A stretch of DNA of 64,000 bases, taken from NCBI GenBank assembly GCA_963806705.1, contig CAWDZE010000007.1, forward strand, positions 25,037-89,036, in the 5' to 3' direction. How positions within the stretch are numbered: position 1 is the stretch's first letter; every line of letters begins with the position of its first letter. Of this stretch, positions 41,966 to 52,546 are shown one piece after another. The position numbers and the translations under genes were made by a program. The notes beneath the pieces are model-generated. The model was not told where the DNA came from. It saw only the letters and a list, made by a program, of their open reading frames with translations, and searched no databases. This DNA comes from Vicinamibacteria bacterium (lineage in GTDB: Bacteria; Acidobacteriota; Vicinamibacteria; Vicinamibacterales; JAENWD01).

Positions 41966-44616
41966 GTGCCGTACGATTCCGATGTGACCGAGCCAGGGCC
42001 CCTTCAGCTCTCGGGAGCGGAAGGCGCCAGGATCGGGCCGTACCGTCTGAGCCGCGAGCTCGGACGCGGCGGCATGGGCACGGTGTACCTGGCCGTCCGC
42101 AGCGACGACGCGTACCAGAAGCGAGTCGCCATCAAGGTCCTCAAGCGCGGCATGGACACCGATGTCATCGTCCGCCGCTTCCGCAACGAGCGCCAGATCC
42201 TCGCCAGCCTCGAGCACCCGTATATCGCCGGCCTCCTCGACGGCGGGACGACGCCCGACGGCCTGCCGTACTTCGCCATGGAGTACGTCGAGGGTCAGAC
42301 CATCGTGGAGTACTGCGAGTCGCGCCGCCTCGACACCACCGCGCGGCTGGAGCTGTTCACGAAGATCTGCGCGGCGGTGCAGTACGCCCACCAGAACCTG
42401 GTCATCCACCGCGACATCAAGCCGCAGAACGTGCTCGTCGCGGCCGATGGCACCCCCAAGCTTCTCGACTTCGGCATCGCGAAGCTGCTCAATCCGGAGC
42501 TGGGCGGGCAGACGCTGGCGCCGACCGCCGCGGGCCCGCAGCTGATGACCCCGGAGTACGCGAGCCCGGAACAGGTACGGGGCCTGGCGGTCACCACGGC
42601 CACCGACGTCTACTCCCTCGGCGTACTGCTATACGAGCTGCTGACAGGGCGCCGGCCGTACCGGATTACGAGCCGCACGCCGGCCGAGATTGAACGCGTC
42701 GTGTGCAACTCGGAGCCCGTGCGGCCGAGCACGGCGGTGACCGAGATCGAGAGAAAGCCCGTTGACCCCGACGCACCGACGGAGGCCGTGACCGCGGCGG
42801 CGGAGACCTCCGCCGTCGAGCGGGTGCGCGGGCCGACGTCCAGGCCGGGCTGCGCAAGCGGCTCGCGGGCGACCTCGACAACATCGTCCTGAAGGCTTTG
42901 AACAAGGAGCCGGCGCGGCGCTACGCGTCGGTGGACCAGTTCGCCGAAGACGTGCGGCGGCACCTGGAGGGCCTGCCCGTCATCGCGCGGCCGCACACGG
43001 TGCGCTATCGCGCGGCCAAGTTCGTCAGGCGCAACCGCGGCGCCGTCGCCGCGGCGGCGGTCATCGCGCTTGCGCTGGTGGCGGGGACCATCGGCACCGC
43101 GTGGCAGGCCCGCATCGCGCGTCAGGAGCGGGCGCGCGCCGAACAGCGGTTCGACCAGGTGCGGCAGCTCGCGAACGTGTCGCTGTTCGACCTGCACGAC
43201 TCGATCCGGGATCTGCCTGGATCGACGCCTGCCCGGCAGCTGCTCGTCTCGAAGGGCCTGGAGTACCTGGACCGCCTCTCGCGCGACGCAGGCGATCGCC
43301 CCGACCTGAAACGCGAGATGGCGGGCGCGTACGTGAAAGTGGGCGACGTGCAGGGGCGGCCGTTCAACGCCAACCTCGGCGACACCGCAGGCGGGCGGGC
43401 GAGCTACGAGAAGGCGGTCGCGATCTACGAATCACTTGGCGCGCGCACCTCGCAGGACGCATCGCTGCGCCGCGAGCTCGCGACGGCGTACCTGCGGCTG
43501 AGCGAGATCGCTTCGTCCACGGGCGGCACTGCCGACGCGCTGACACACGCCAGGACGGCGCTCGTCCTGCAGCGCGAAGCCGCGGGAATGTCGCGATCCG
43601 CGGAGGCGGTGGCTGCGATGGACCTGCAGCGCGAGCTCGTCACGAGCCACGCCCGGGTAGGCGACATGCTGTCGGCGACCGGGGACACCAGCGGCGCCCT
43701 CGAGCAGCGGCGTCTTGCCGCCGAGCTGATGGAACGGCTCGCAGCCGCCGGGCCGGACGACCAGAACAACGTGCGTCAGCTCGGGATCGCGTACTTCAAG
43801 CTCGGCAACCAGCTCGGGAACCCCAACTACCCGAATGTCGGCGATACCGCGGGAGCGCTGGAGCAGCTCCGACGGTCGGCGGACGTCTTCCGCAAGGCCA
43901 CGGAGCGCTACCCGTCAAACGCGGCGATCCGCCGCAACCTGGCAATCGCCGACAGCGCCGTGTCCGACGTGCTGCTGGCGCTTGGCCGGCGCGACGGGGC
44001 GCTGGCGACCCAGCGGCAGGCGCTGGCGACCTTCGAGACGCTCTCTGCCGCCGATCCCGCCAACGTCACCGGCCGGAACGACATCGCCATCAGCGAGTCG
44101 AAGATCGGCGAGATCCTCGACGGCGGCGGCCGCTGGCTCGAGGCGGTCAGGTCCTACGAGCGCGCGCTGTCGATTCATCAGGCACTCGCCGCCTCGGATC
44201 CCGGAAACGATGCCATGACGCTCGAGGTCGCCAGCGATCAGAATCGCATCGCCACGACGCAGGCCAGGCTCGGCGCCCGCGAGGCGTCGCTTTCGAACCA
44301 CACCCGCGCAGTCACCGCGACGCGAGCGCTGCGGGACGCCAACGCCGGCAACGTGGAGCTCACTGTCGCGCTGGCGCTGGGTCTGGGCGGGCGCGCCGAC
44401 GCGCTGCTGCTGTTCGCGCGGAAGCAGCCGGCCCCTCCGACGCGCGCGGAGGATCTGGCGGCCGCCGAACGTGACTACACCGAGTCGGTGGCGTTACTGA
44501 CTGCCCTCGAGCGATCCGGCACTATCCAGGGAACGGACCTCACGACGCTCGAGAATCACCGCAAGGAGCTCGCCCGCATCCGGGCCGAGCGGTCCGCGAC
44601 GGGCGCCCGGCGATGA
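41966..44616 (+). pseudogene. Ser/Thr protein kinase with TM helix and C-terminal TPR-like repeats, frame disruption near 42830
   Basis: Kinase motifs GRGGMGTVY, VAIK, HRDIKPQNV, DFGIAK and SPEQ. The frame then switches to LRKRLAGDLDNIVLKALNKEPARRY. A TM helix and long TPR-like repeats follow. Confidence 0.8.
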
Positions 44617-44676
44617 CCTTGCTGCACGAGGCGTTACGAACTTCTCGATGGGTGATGGCTGTTGCTGCGCGTCAAC

Positions 44677-45213
44677 TCAGACCGCCGGCAAATCTTTCCG
44701 CATGAACACGCACGCAATGGGTCGTCCAGACATGAGCCGCGTTTCTCCGCGAGCGACCTCGTCAAACCCGTTGGCCTTGTAGAACTCTACCCCCGCAAGG
44801 GAGGCCTCCACACAAATGCTCTTCGCTCCGCGGGCGATGGCGTGAGCTTCGGCCAACCCGGCGAGAGCAGAGCCAATTCCGTGCCGCGCTGCGAAGCCCC
44901 TTACGTATACCGATGTCCCATGCTGCGAGCCGTCGATTCGATAGTCTGTCGCAAAGCCAAGAACGGCCAGCTTGCCCTCGGTTTTCCCGGTGGCAATGAA
45001 GAAGGCCTCTCCACCTTCCATGGCCTTGGCGTAGATGTCGCCCGTGAGACCCTCGGCCCAATCATCGACGACATCCGGCGGATAGAACCTGGGGCCGATC
45101 GATCGGATCGAGTCACGATGCGCCTCAGCGATGTCGTCGGCATCGGACGGTTGTGCCAGGCGAGTGTCGAACTCGGCGTTCCTCATGAACCGCTCCGTTG
45201 TCTTCGCGGCCAA
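44677..45213 (-). CDS. GNAT family N-acetyltransferase
   Basis: Acetyl-CoA-binding-like segment VRGFAARHGIGSAL and C-terminal FYKANGF. Alternative start at 45186. Confidence 0.7.
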   Translation of the reverse strand: MAAKTTERFMRNAEFDTRLAQPSDADDIAEAHRDSIRSIGPRFYPPDVVDDWAEGLTGDIYAKAMEGGEAFFIATGKTEGKLAVLGFATDYRIDGSQHGTSVYVRGFAARHGIGSALAGLAEAHAIARGAKSICVEASLAGVEFYKANGFDEVARGETRLMSGRPIACVFMRKDLPAV

Positions 45214-45261
45214 TCACGTGCGCCCACCTTACCACCACGGCCGCCGGCGGCGCCCCGCCAG

Positions 45262-45627
45262 CTAGCGCCGCGAGCGGCGTCGCAGAACCACGATGTAGAG
45301 CGCAGCATTGACCAGGAGCACGGCGCCGCCCAGCAGCCACTGCAGCTCGCGGGAAAGCGACTCGGGGTAGAGCAGCGGGAGCAGGTAGTGCTCGATGAAG
45401 CTGGAGCTGTAGGCGGTGGCACCACTCTGGGTGCGAAGCCAGTTCTCGAGAGGCGTGAGCGGGCAGTGCCAGCCGGCCAGCTCGACCCACGCGCCCCAGG
45501 CGACTGCCGGGACGTGCAGCCAGGCCACTCGAGGCCGGCGCACAACGAGCAGGCCGCCAAGGACCACGAACACGACGAAGGCGAGATGGACGACAACCGT
45601 GGCGTCTGCGAGCACGCGGAAGGCCAT
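45262..45627 (-). CDS. DUF2784 family membrane protein
   Basis: 121 aa with 3-4 TM helices and the central GWHCPLTPLENWLR motif. Confidence 0.6.
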   Translation of the reverse strand: MAFRVLADATVVVHLAFVVFVVLGGLLVVRRPRVAWLHVPAVAWGAWVELAGWHCPLTPLENWLRTQSGATAYSSSFIEHYLLPLLYPESLSRELQWLLGGAVLLVNAALYIVVLRRRSRR

Positions 45628-45666
45628 GATTTCAGACCAGGTGCGGCGCGCCGGCTGAGCGGGTGG

Positions 45667-46071
45667 TCAAGCGGCGGCCACGGTCCACGTTACGACGGCG
45701 ATCCGCCACACACCCGCGTCATCGCGCTGCAATAACCAGCCATGCACCCCGGTGATGACCCCGCAGTCCGCTCCGGCCGGGCCTTCGACTGTCGTGCGGA
45801 AGGTTGCCAGCTTCAAGGCGAAGGAGCCCGATCCGGAGATCGCAAGATCGTCGATGTCGATACGCCGCACGCTGGCTTCAGCCTGTCGCTCGAGCCACTG
45901 CAGAATCTCGGCCCTGCCGCAAAGCGGGGCCTCGTTCGGCGGCAACCAGACAGGTGCCGCAGTACACAACTGCAACAGCGCAGACGTATCACGCCGCATT
46001 TCAGCATTCAGCCAGTCGTTGTGCAGCGTCTCGATGGCGAAGCGGTCCTCGGCCGAAAGCACGGTGGTCAT
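45667..46071 (-). CDS. SnoaL-like / DUF4440 NTF2-fold protein
   Basis: 134 aa. ...FAIETLHNDWLNAEMRRDTSALLQL... and C-terminal WRIAVVTW. Confidence 0.55.
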   Translation of the reverse strand: MTTVLSAEDRFAIETLHNDWLNAEMRRDTSALLQLCTAAPVWLPPNEAPLCGRAEILQWLERQAEASVRRIDIDDLAISGSGSFALKLATFRTTVEGPAGADCGVITGVHGWLLQRDDAGVWRIAVVTWTVAAA

Positions 46072-46144
46072 TGTGTCACCGCTGGCGCCGCGATACCGAT
46101 AGGCTATAGTCCTGCCACGGCATGCGCCGGGACTGGGGAGCTGC

Positions 46145-46681
46145 TTGATCCGATCACGCCTCGCTTACATCGTGCTCTGCGCTGCGCTCGTTTCTTCGGC
46201 CGCCCGCGCACAGGCGCCGGCCGCGGCCGCCGCGCCAGTGCCCGTGAAGGCGACCGTGCAACAGCTGGACTGGATCGCGGGCGCCTGGGGCGGCACCCTG
46301 GGCGATCGCACGATCGAGCAGCACTGGAGCGCGCCCGCGGCCAGCTCGATTGTCGCGATGTACCGCAGCATCCGGAACAACCAGGTGCAGCTCTACGAGT
46401 TGCTGGCGATCGAGCAGGAAGGCGACGCGGTGGTCCTGCGCATCAAGCACTTCGCGCCGGGGCCGGGCCTCGCCGGTCGTGAAGCCAGGGACGAATCGGT
46501 GAACCACACGCTGGTCCGGCTGGACGGCCGTACCGCCGTGTTCCAGGGAACCGGCGGGGACAACCCCGCGAAGGTCAGTTTCACGAGCCCCGACCCGCAG
46601 ACCCTTACGATTCTCGTGGAGCGGATGCGGGACGGCGCCCCGGTGTCGACCGAGTTCAGGTACACGCGCCTGGCGCCCTGA
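46145..46681 (+). CDS. DUF6265-like secreted protein
   Basis: Signal peptide, then LDWIAGAWGG and ELLAIEQEGDAVVLRIKHF. Alternative start codon. Confidence 0.5.
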   Translation: MIRSRLAYIVLCAALVSSAARAQAPAAAAAPVPVKATVQQLDWIAGAWGGTLGDRTIEQHWSAPAASSIVAMYRSIRNNQVQLYELLAIEQEGDAVVLRIKHFAPGPGLAGREARDESVNHTLVRLDGRTAVFQGTGGDNPAKVSFTSPDPQTLTILVERMRDGAPVSTEFRYTRLAP

Positions 46682-46687
46682 GCTGCG

Positions 46688-47998
46688 TCAGGTCGCCTCG
46701 ACGAATCCCTTGCGCATCGGGTCGATGGTCAGCGGCGGCGGTTCGTACTGGACGAGGTATTCGAACTCGTCCCGGAACTCCTGCAGCGACAGGCCCGCCG
46801 TCGCGGCGAACTTCGCCAGCTCGTGCGGGTCGTTGAAGTCGTCGCGCCGCAGTCGAATCATGTAGCGGCGCGCGATCGCGTAGCGGGTCGAGTGCACGTC
46901 CACCAGGCGCACCTTCGTGCGCCCCGTATTCGGATCGACCATCTGCGCAAACGGGATCGGCACGAAGTGCCCGCCCTGCATCGAGATCATCACGCCGTTG
47001 CCGCCCGACAGCAGGTACTTCGCCGCGCAGTAGCCCAGATCCCGCGTGTACTCCATGTCGGCCGGCACCGGATCGGCGCAGCGCAGCTCGTACCCGATGT
47101 TTTTCGCCACCAGCGTGGCCTTGATGCCGAACGACTTGAGCCGCTTGCTGACCTCGGCCTTCAGAATCTCGCCGATGTTGACCTCGGCGATCCGGACGTG
47201 TCCGTGCGCGTCGCGCTCCACGTCCTCGAGCGCGGCCAGGTCCGCCGCGTCGATGTCGAGCACGAGGCCCTCGGCAATCACCGCGACGCCGTCGCGCCTG
47301 CCGTAGCTGAGCCGCTTGATGATCGCCCCGGCCAGCGTGTCCACCATCGCCTTGAGCCTGACGGTCTTCCCGGAGAACTCCTCCGGGATCATCGTCAGCG
47401 TCGCACCGGCGGCCTTGCCGATGCCCAGGGCGAGGTGCCCGGCCTTGCGCCCCATCGCGATCACGAAGTACCACCGCGACGTGGTCTTCGCGTCGACCAT
47501 CAGGTTCTTGACGATCTCCACGCCGTAGTGCCGCGCGGTCTGGAACCCGAAGGTATCCACGTAGGACGGCAGGTCGAGGTCGTTGTCGATGGTCTTGGGC
47601 ACGTGGACGACGCGGATGCGGCCTTGCGACTGCTGTTCGAGCCTCATCGCCGAGTAGGCCGTGTCGTCGCCGCCGATGGTGATCAGCTGGCTGACGTTGA
47701 GCCGCAGGAGCGAGATGACCGCGTTTTCGAGGTGCTGCGGATCCAGCGTCGGGTTGGCGCGCGCGATGCCGATGTGCGATCCGCCCCGGAAGTGAATCCG
47801 GCTCACGGCGTCGATCGTGAGCGGCGTGATGTGGTCGATGTTGCCCTGCATCAGCCACTCGAACCCGTCGCGGATGCCGATGACGTCGATGCCCTCCAGC
47901 TGCGCGCGGATCGTCGCCGCCATGATGACGCTGTTGATCCCGGGCGCGGGACCGCCGCCGACCAGGATTGCCACGTTCTTATGGTGAGTCACCGTCAC
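46688..47998 (-). CDS. 6-phosphofructokinase (PfkA family; ATP versus PPi dependence not decidable by eye)
   Basis: Motifs ILVGGGPAPGINS, IGGDDT and PKTIDNDL. GTG start at 47998; the upstream part of the 518-aa ORF looks non-coding. Confidence 0.8.
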   Translation of the reverse strand: MTVTHHKNVAILVGGGPAPGINSVIMAATIRAQLEGIDVIGIRDGFEWLMQGNIDHITPLTIDAVSRIHFRGGSHIGIARANPTLDPQHLENAVISLLRLNVSQLITIGGDDTAYSAMRLEQQSQGRIRVVHVPKTIDNDLDLPSYVDTFGFQTARHYGVEIVKNLMVDAKTTSRWYFVIAMGRKAGHLALGIGKAAGATLTMIPEEFSGKTVRLKAMVDTLAGAIIKRLSYGRRDGVAVIAEGLVLDIDAADLAALEDVERDAHGHVRIAEVNIGEILKAEVSKRLKSFGIKATLVAKNIGYELRCADPVPADMEYTRDLGYCAAKYLLSGGNGVMISMQGGHFVPIPFAQMVDPNTGRTKVRLVDVHSTRYAIARRYMIRLRRDDFNDPHELAKFAATAGLSLQEFRDEFEYLVQYEPPPLTIDPMRKGFVEAT

Positions 47999-48273
47999 GT
48001 CTGTCGCCCCCGCAACGTCGGTCGTGCCGCGCGTGTCGCCAGATACTAGCAGCCGGGGCGACCGGGCGACAAACCCGTCACGGTTTCGATGGCGCCAGAA
48101 GCCGTGAAGTCGCCTCCCTCCCCCTCGATCGCTGGCACACGAGGCAAGCGCGGTGGCGGGCATGCGACGGGACGCTGCCGCGTCGACTTTTCTACAGATG
48201 TTCCGATCGAATACATCGAATCCGGGAGTTCGGGCGCACGGCACGTGGCGCGGTGGTTGCAGCCCGGAGGGCC

Positions 48274-49353
48274 ATGCTGCATACGTTCCAGATCCCGCTC
48301 AGCTGGAGCGAACTCGCCAGGCGCACCGCACGCGAGATGGGCCAGGACAACGCGCTGGGCCTGGCGGCGCAGCTTGCCTACTACCTGCTGCTCGCGCTGG
48401 TGCCGGCACTGGTCTTCCTGGTTGCGCTGACCAGCTTCTTTCCGCCGCGCCTGCTCGAGCAGATCCTGCACGTGCTGCAGTCCGTGGCGCCGGCCGAGAT
48501 CGACCGGCTGCTGCGCGACCAGATCGCCGGCATTGCCGCGGGCGAAGACGCCGGGCTGCTGACCCTGGGTTTTGCGATGGCGCTCTGGAGCAGCTCGGCG
48601 GCGATCGTCGCCGCCACCGACGCGCTGAACCGCGCCTACGACATCGAGGAAGGCCGGCCGTGGTGGAAGGTGCGGCTCCAGGCGATCGCATTGACCATCG
48701 GCCTGGCGCTGTTCATCGTCCTGGCCTTCAGCCTGGTGCTGATGGGGCCGACGCTGGCGACCCGCCTGGCGATCGGCGGCGGCCTTGGCCCGGCCTTCGA
48801 ATGGGGGTGGAAGATCCTGCAGTGGCCGCTGGTCGTCGCGCTGGTGGCGACGGCGCTGGGCATCCTGTTCTACTTCGGGCCCGACGCCGATCAGGACTGG
48901 GAGTGGATCACTCCAGGCGCGGTGCTGGGGGCGCTGCTGTGGCTGCTGGCGTCCCTGCTCTTCAAGCTCTACGTCGCCAATTTCACCAGCTACAACGAGA
49001 CCTACGGCTCGCTCGGCGGCGTCATCGTCCTGATGCTGTGGTTCTACCTGTCGAGCCTGGCGATTCTGGCCGGCGCGGAGATGAACGCCGAAATCGAGCA
49101 CGCCTCGCCGCACGGCAAGAGCCCGGGCGAAAAAGTGCCGGGCGAGAGGAAGATGATCGGCGCGCGCGCGGCCCGTGCTTTCGACAGGCGGCGGCGCGAG
49201 CCGGCCCTGCCCCCGGCCCCGCCGGCGCGTCCGGTCCTGGTCGCGCCGCAGCGCGAGCCGGAGTTCGCGCCGGTGCGGGTGGTGCGCCGCCTGATCCTGA
49301 GCCTCGGAGTGTTCGTTGCCAGCAAGGTGATGGGACGACGTACGCCGGAGTAG
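48274..49353 (+). CDS. YihY/BrkB family membrane protein
   Basis: GLAAQLAYYLLLALVP, six TM helices, YGSLGGVIVLMLWFYLSS, and a basic C-terminal tail. Confidence 0.8.
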   Translation: MLHTFQIPLSWSELARRTAREMGQDNALGLAAQLAYYLLLALVPALVFLVALTSFFPPRLLEQILHVLQSVAPAEIDRLLRDQIAGIAAGEDAGLLTLGFAMALWSSSAAIVAATDALNRAYDIEEGRPWWKVRLQAIALTIGLALFIVLAFSLVLMGPTLATRLAIGGGLGPAFEWGWKILQWPLVVALVATALGILFYFGPDADQDWEWITPGAVLGALLWLLASLLFKLYVANFTSYNETYGSLGGVIVLMLWFYLSSLAILAGAEMNAEIEHASPHGKSPGEKVPGERKMIGARAARAFDRRRREPALPPAPPARPVLVAPQREPEFAPVRVVRRLILSLGVFVASKVMGRRTPE

Positions 49354-49363
49354 CGGACGGCTT

Positions 49364-50110
49364 TCATCGCAGGCCTCCCACCAGTTCCGGCGTGGGCGCC
49401 GCACGCGGCACTTCTCCGGCTTCGAGCAGCTGCTTCAGGCGCCGAAGGTCCTCGCGAATCATCTGCGAGGGCTCGCGGCCCACGAGCATCGCCGCCCAGC
49501 TGCCGGCCCGCCCGGCCGGCGGCGCGTACTGGAGGCTCACGGTGACCTGCGTGTTCCGGCCCGCGCGCATGCTGTCGAAGTTCACCGAGCCGGCGCTGTC
49601 GACGTCGGCGCCGGGCAGCGAGCGCCACGCGATCAGCCGGTTCTCGACGTCGTTGACGATCTCCGCGTCCCACTCCACGTTCCTGCCGCCCGGGCCTTTG
49701 GCGACCCAGTGCGATCGGCCGTTGCCCAGGTCGGTGACGCTCACCAGATGCGCCATGAACTGCGGGAGGTTCTCCAGCTGTCGCCAGAAGCGATACACCT
49801 CGGCCAGGGGCAGCTCGAGGCGAATTGCCTCGCGCACCCTGAAGCCGCGGCCGGCCGAGAGCGCGCGCCGAACCCGGCTTGCGGGATCGCCCCGGTGCGC
49901 GCGTCTGCCGTGCGGCAGCCAGTGGCCCGACAGTCCTCGAAACGCCAGCGGCGTCGCCGCAGCCGCCAGGACCACGCCCGGGAGCGAGCGGCGGCTGATG
50001 CCGTACGTCACCAGCAGCGCCGCGCCTGCCAGCGTCCCCCAGCGGGTGAGGTCTGCTGATCCGTTGCGGGGGCGCGCCCATTCAACGAGGGCCTGGTTCG
50101 TGCTTCGCAT
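49364..50110 (-). CDS. SRPBCC (cyclase/dehydrase) family protein with N-terminal membrane segment
   Basis: N-terminal hydrophobic pair, then EVYRFWRQLENLPQFMAHL ... SHWVAKGP ... WDAEI, typical of polyketide_cyc2-like proteins. Confidence 0.6.
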   Translation of the reverse strand: MRSTNQALVEWARPRNGSADLTRWGTLAGAALLVTYGISRRSLPGVVLAAAATPLAFRGLSGHWLPHGRRAHRGDPASRVRRALSAGRGFRVREAIRLELPLAEVYRFWRQLENLPQFMAHLVSVTDLGNGRSHWVAKGPGGRNVEWDAEIVNDVENRLIAWRSLPGADVDSAGSVNFDSMRAGRNTQVTVSLQYAPPAGRAGSWAAMLVGREPSQMIREDLRRLKQLLEAGEVPRAAPTPELVGGLR

Positions 50111-50146
50111 GAGGCCACCTCCCCCTGCTCGATTCCCGCCCGTCGC

Positions 50147-50689
50147 CTAGCGCCGGCGCTCATTGGCGGTAGCGGCGTCCTGCGCGCGTGCCGCGGCCTC
50201 GGCCGCCTGCTCGTTGATGTGCTTTTCAGCGAGCGCCGAGAGCTTCTCGTCGGCGGCCTTCTCCTCGTCGAGCGTCGCCTGCAGCAGGCCGGCGGCGTCG
50301 AGGTGCCCCATCGCGTTGGCCCAGGCCACCAGCGTGCCGTAGGCGGCCATCTCGTAGTGCTCGGCGCGCTGGCCGGCGGCGATCAGGCACGCGTCCATCG
50401 TGGGCTCGTCGAACTCCTCGCCGATGATCGCCCTGCCCTCTTCGATGATCCCCGCGATGCCCTCGCAGTGCTTGCCGCGCACCTTCTCGTCCAGCATCCC
50501 GAAGATGGTTTCCAGGCGCTCGACCTGCGTGCGCGTCTCCTCGAGATGCGCCTCGAAGGCATCGCGCAGCTCGGGCGAGCACGCGGCCCTGGCCAGCCTG
50601 GGCAGCGCCTTGGTGAGCTGCCGTTCGGCGTCGTAGGTATCCCGCAGTTCGTCGATAAATGCGTCGAGAAGGGTTCCGGCTTCAGGCAT
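50147..50689 (-). CDS. Ferritin-like DUF892 (YciE/YciF) protein
   Basis: LFIDELRDTYDAERQLTKALP..., ...HLEETRTQVERLE... and ...AEHYEMAAYGTL.... Start taken at MPEAG (50689). The same frame stays open upstream. Confidence 0.75.
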   Translation of the reverse strand: MPEAGTLLDAFIDELRDTYDAERQLTKALPRLARAACSPELRDAFEAHLEETRTQVERLETIFGMLDEKVRGKHCEGIAGIIEEGRAIIGEEFDEPTMDACLIAAGQRAEHYEMAAYGTLVAWANAMGHLDAAGLLQATLDEEKAADEKLSALAEKHINEQAAEAAARAQDAATANERRR

Positions 50690-51190
50690 GAGCGTCTCTC
50701 CTGTGTGGCGACTATTCGTGGTGTCAGCGATGCGGATCGGATTGAACGGCACGCGCGCTGCCAGCTCGGCGGCGCCGGCGGCATTCGCCGCGCGATCGTC
50801 GCGTCCGGCGGGCATCGGCGGCAGCTCGGACTGCCGGCTGACGATGGTGCGGCTGACGAGCGTGCGGCTGTTGCGGAGCTTGCTGTCGCCGATGGCCGTG
50901 CGTGTGAGAACGGCGCGTTTGCGAGTCGACATGACTACGAACGCCCGGTTGCAAGACTGCCGCCGTCTCTTCCCCGCCGCGATCGACACGTACCGCCACC
51001 GAGCGTGGTGACGCGAGGGCGAACAACGCGAGGCGTTCTTACGTGACGCCGCCCGCAAGACGTGAGGCGCGCGTGACGTCCTGCGCGGCGGGGTTGTTGC
51101 ACGGGCGGTCACGTGCCGCGCGCATCCGGCGCGGCGGTGCAACGACCGTCACAGACAGGAGAGGGCCGATGCTGAACTCAACCACGTTCC

Positions 51191-51423
51191 ATGTGCGCTG
51201 CGATGCCCTGTGGCTCGCCGGTCGGGCCGGCCGAGGATGTCGACGAGACCGTCGATGACGAGGAAACCACCGAGGTGAACGAGGACGACGAGGACGAGGA
51301 CGAGGACGAGGACGAAGAAGAGAGAAAGACGAGGACGATGACGAGGAAAAAGACGAGGACGATGACGAGGAAAAAGACGGTGACGAGGACGTCGACGACG
51401 AGGACGAGCCGCCGGCGCGCTAG
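51191..51423 (+). other. Possible hyper-acidic D/E-rich micro-ORF (needs a frame change at about 51322); may be non-coding low-complexity DNA
   Basis: The ATG frame reads ...DVDETVDDEETTEVNEDDEDEDEDEDEEE. A second frame continues KDEDDDEEKDEDDDEEKDGDEDVDDEDEPPAR* to the TAG at 51421. GAC/GAG/GAA trinucleotide repeats. Confidence 0.2.
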
Positions 51424-51477
51424 CGCGCCTCGACTCTTCAGCCTCAGCCGGCGCCGGCTGGGCTGGGCGCTCGGACC

Positions 51478-52137
51478 ATGACGTGGATTCACGACCGATC
51501 GCTGACGCTGGTCATGATCGCGCTCTTCGCGGCCTGCGGGTGGGGCCAGCTCCTCACGGGGTGGGCGGAGTACAACCAGTCGCAGGCCGAGCACGGGCAG
51601 GCGGCCATCGCGCTGCTGTCATACCTGCGGGTGGGACATCCCTGGGAGGCGCTGTTCGAAAACTGGGAGAGCGAGTTCCTGCAGATGACCGCGTTTGTCA
51701 CGCTGACGGCGGTGCTCTACCAGAAGGGGTCGCCCGAGTCGCGCCGGCCGGGCGTGCGCGAGCTGGTGGACGCGGACCCGCGCGACTTCGCGCACCTCGA
51801 GGGGGTCCCGTGGCCCGTGAAGCGCGGCGGCTGGGTGCTGCGTGTCTACGAGCACTCCCTTGGGATCGCCTTGTTCCTGCTGTTCGTCGTGTCGTGGGCC
51901 GGGCACCTGGTGGGCGGGTGGCTCGCCTACGCCGGCGATCAGGCCTCGCACGGACAGCCCGGGCCCTCGCTGACCGGGTTCCTGGGATCGAGCCGGTTCT
52001 GGTTCGAGTCCTTCCAGAACTGGCAGAGCGAGTTCCTGTCGGTGGGCGTCATGGTGTGGCTGGCCGTCTACCTGCGGCAGCGCGGGTCTCCGGAGTCCAA
52101 GCCCGTCCATGCGGCGCACGACCAGACCGGGCGCTGA
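51478..52137 (+). CDS. DUF6766-like membrane protein with internal duplication
   Basis: Two halves each contain a TM helix plus ENWESEFLQM / QNWQSEFLSV and YQKGSPES / LRQRGSPES. Confidence 0.55.
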   Translation: MTWIHDRSLTLVMIALFAACGWGQLLTGWAEYNQSQAEHGQAAIALLSYLRVGHPWEALFENWESEFLQMTAFVTLTAVLYQKGSPESRRPGVRELVDADPRDFAHLEGVPWPVKRGGWVLRVYEHSLGIALFLLFVVSWAGHLVGGWLAYAGDQASHGQPGPSLTGFLGSSRFWFESFQNWQSEFLSVGVMVWLAVYLRQRGSPESKPVHAAHDQTGR

Positions 52138-52235
52138 GCCGCCGCAGCGCGGGGCGAACTCACATGTATTAAAGCGTCGATGGGCGAGGAGGGGCCGCCG
52201 GCTGAGCTGGATGGGCGGGAGTGTGGCGTCGATGT

Positions 52236-52484
52236 TCAGGCGAGCCGCTCGGCCGGTCCGATGGCCGTGGCGCCCGCGATGAGGAACGGGCCGGCCCCTT
52301 CGAGGGCTGTACCGATCTCATGCGTAATTTCCTCGGCGTGTGTTCGATCCCAATACTTCGCCAGAGCTGGCGGCACACGCTCGTCGTGGGTGCCGCACTC
52401 GTGCGTCCTGTGGATTTTGCGCCGTTTTTGCTGCGAAGAAGGGCGCCGGGCGTCGCGAAGCGGGGTCGTCGCCTTGAGAGCCAT
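52236..52484 (-). CDS. Hypothetical small protein (82 aa)
   Basis: MALKATTPL...HECGTHDERVPPALAKYWDRTHAEEITHEIG.... Non-repetitive composition. No family recognised. Confidence 0.3.
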   Translation of the reverse strand: MALKATTPLRDARRPSSQQKRRKIHRTHECGTHDERVPPALAKYWDRTHAEEITHEIGTALEGAGPFLIAGATAIGPAERLA

Positions 52485-52546
52485 GCTGGTAGCTCTTCCA
52501 AACCGCGTGCCATCTGCTCTCCGCGTGCGTGACACATCGACCCCCG

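Noticed and set aside
48046-50150. 452-aa minus ORF and 665-aa plus ORF
   Set aside because: They overlap the YihY and SRPBCC genes in wrong frames or strands. They are R/G/P-rich.
50690-50938. In-frame N-terminal extension of the DUF892 gene (MSTRKRAVLTRTAIGD...)
   Set aside because: No stop separates it from the ferritin-like domain, but the extension has no homology features. The MPEAG start gives the canonical approx. 180-aa length, so the extension is left unannotated.
51178-51594. 138-aa minus ORF with poly-Ser and VFFLVIVLV repeats
   Set aside because: It is the reverse-complement reading of the GAC/GAG trinucleotide tract, a low-complexity artefact that overlaps the DUF6766-like gene start.
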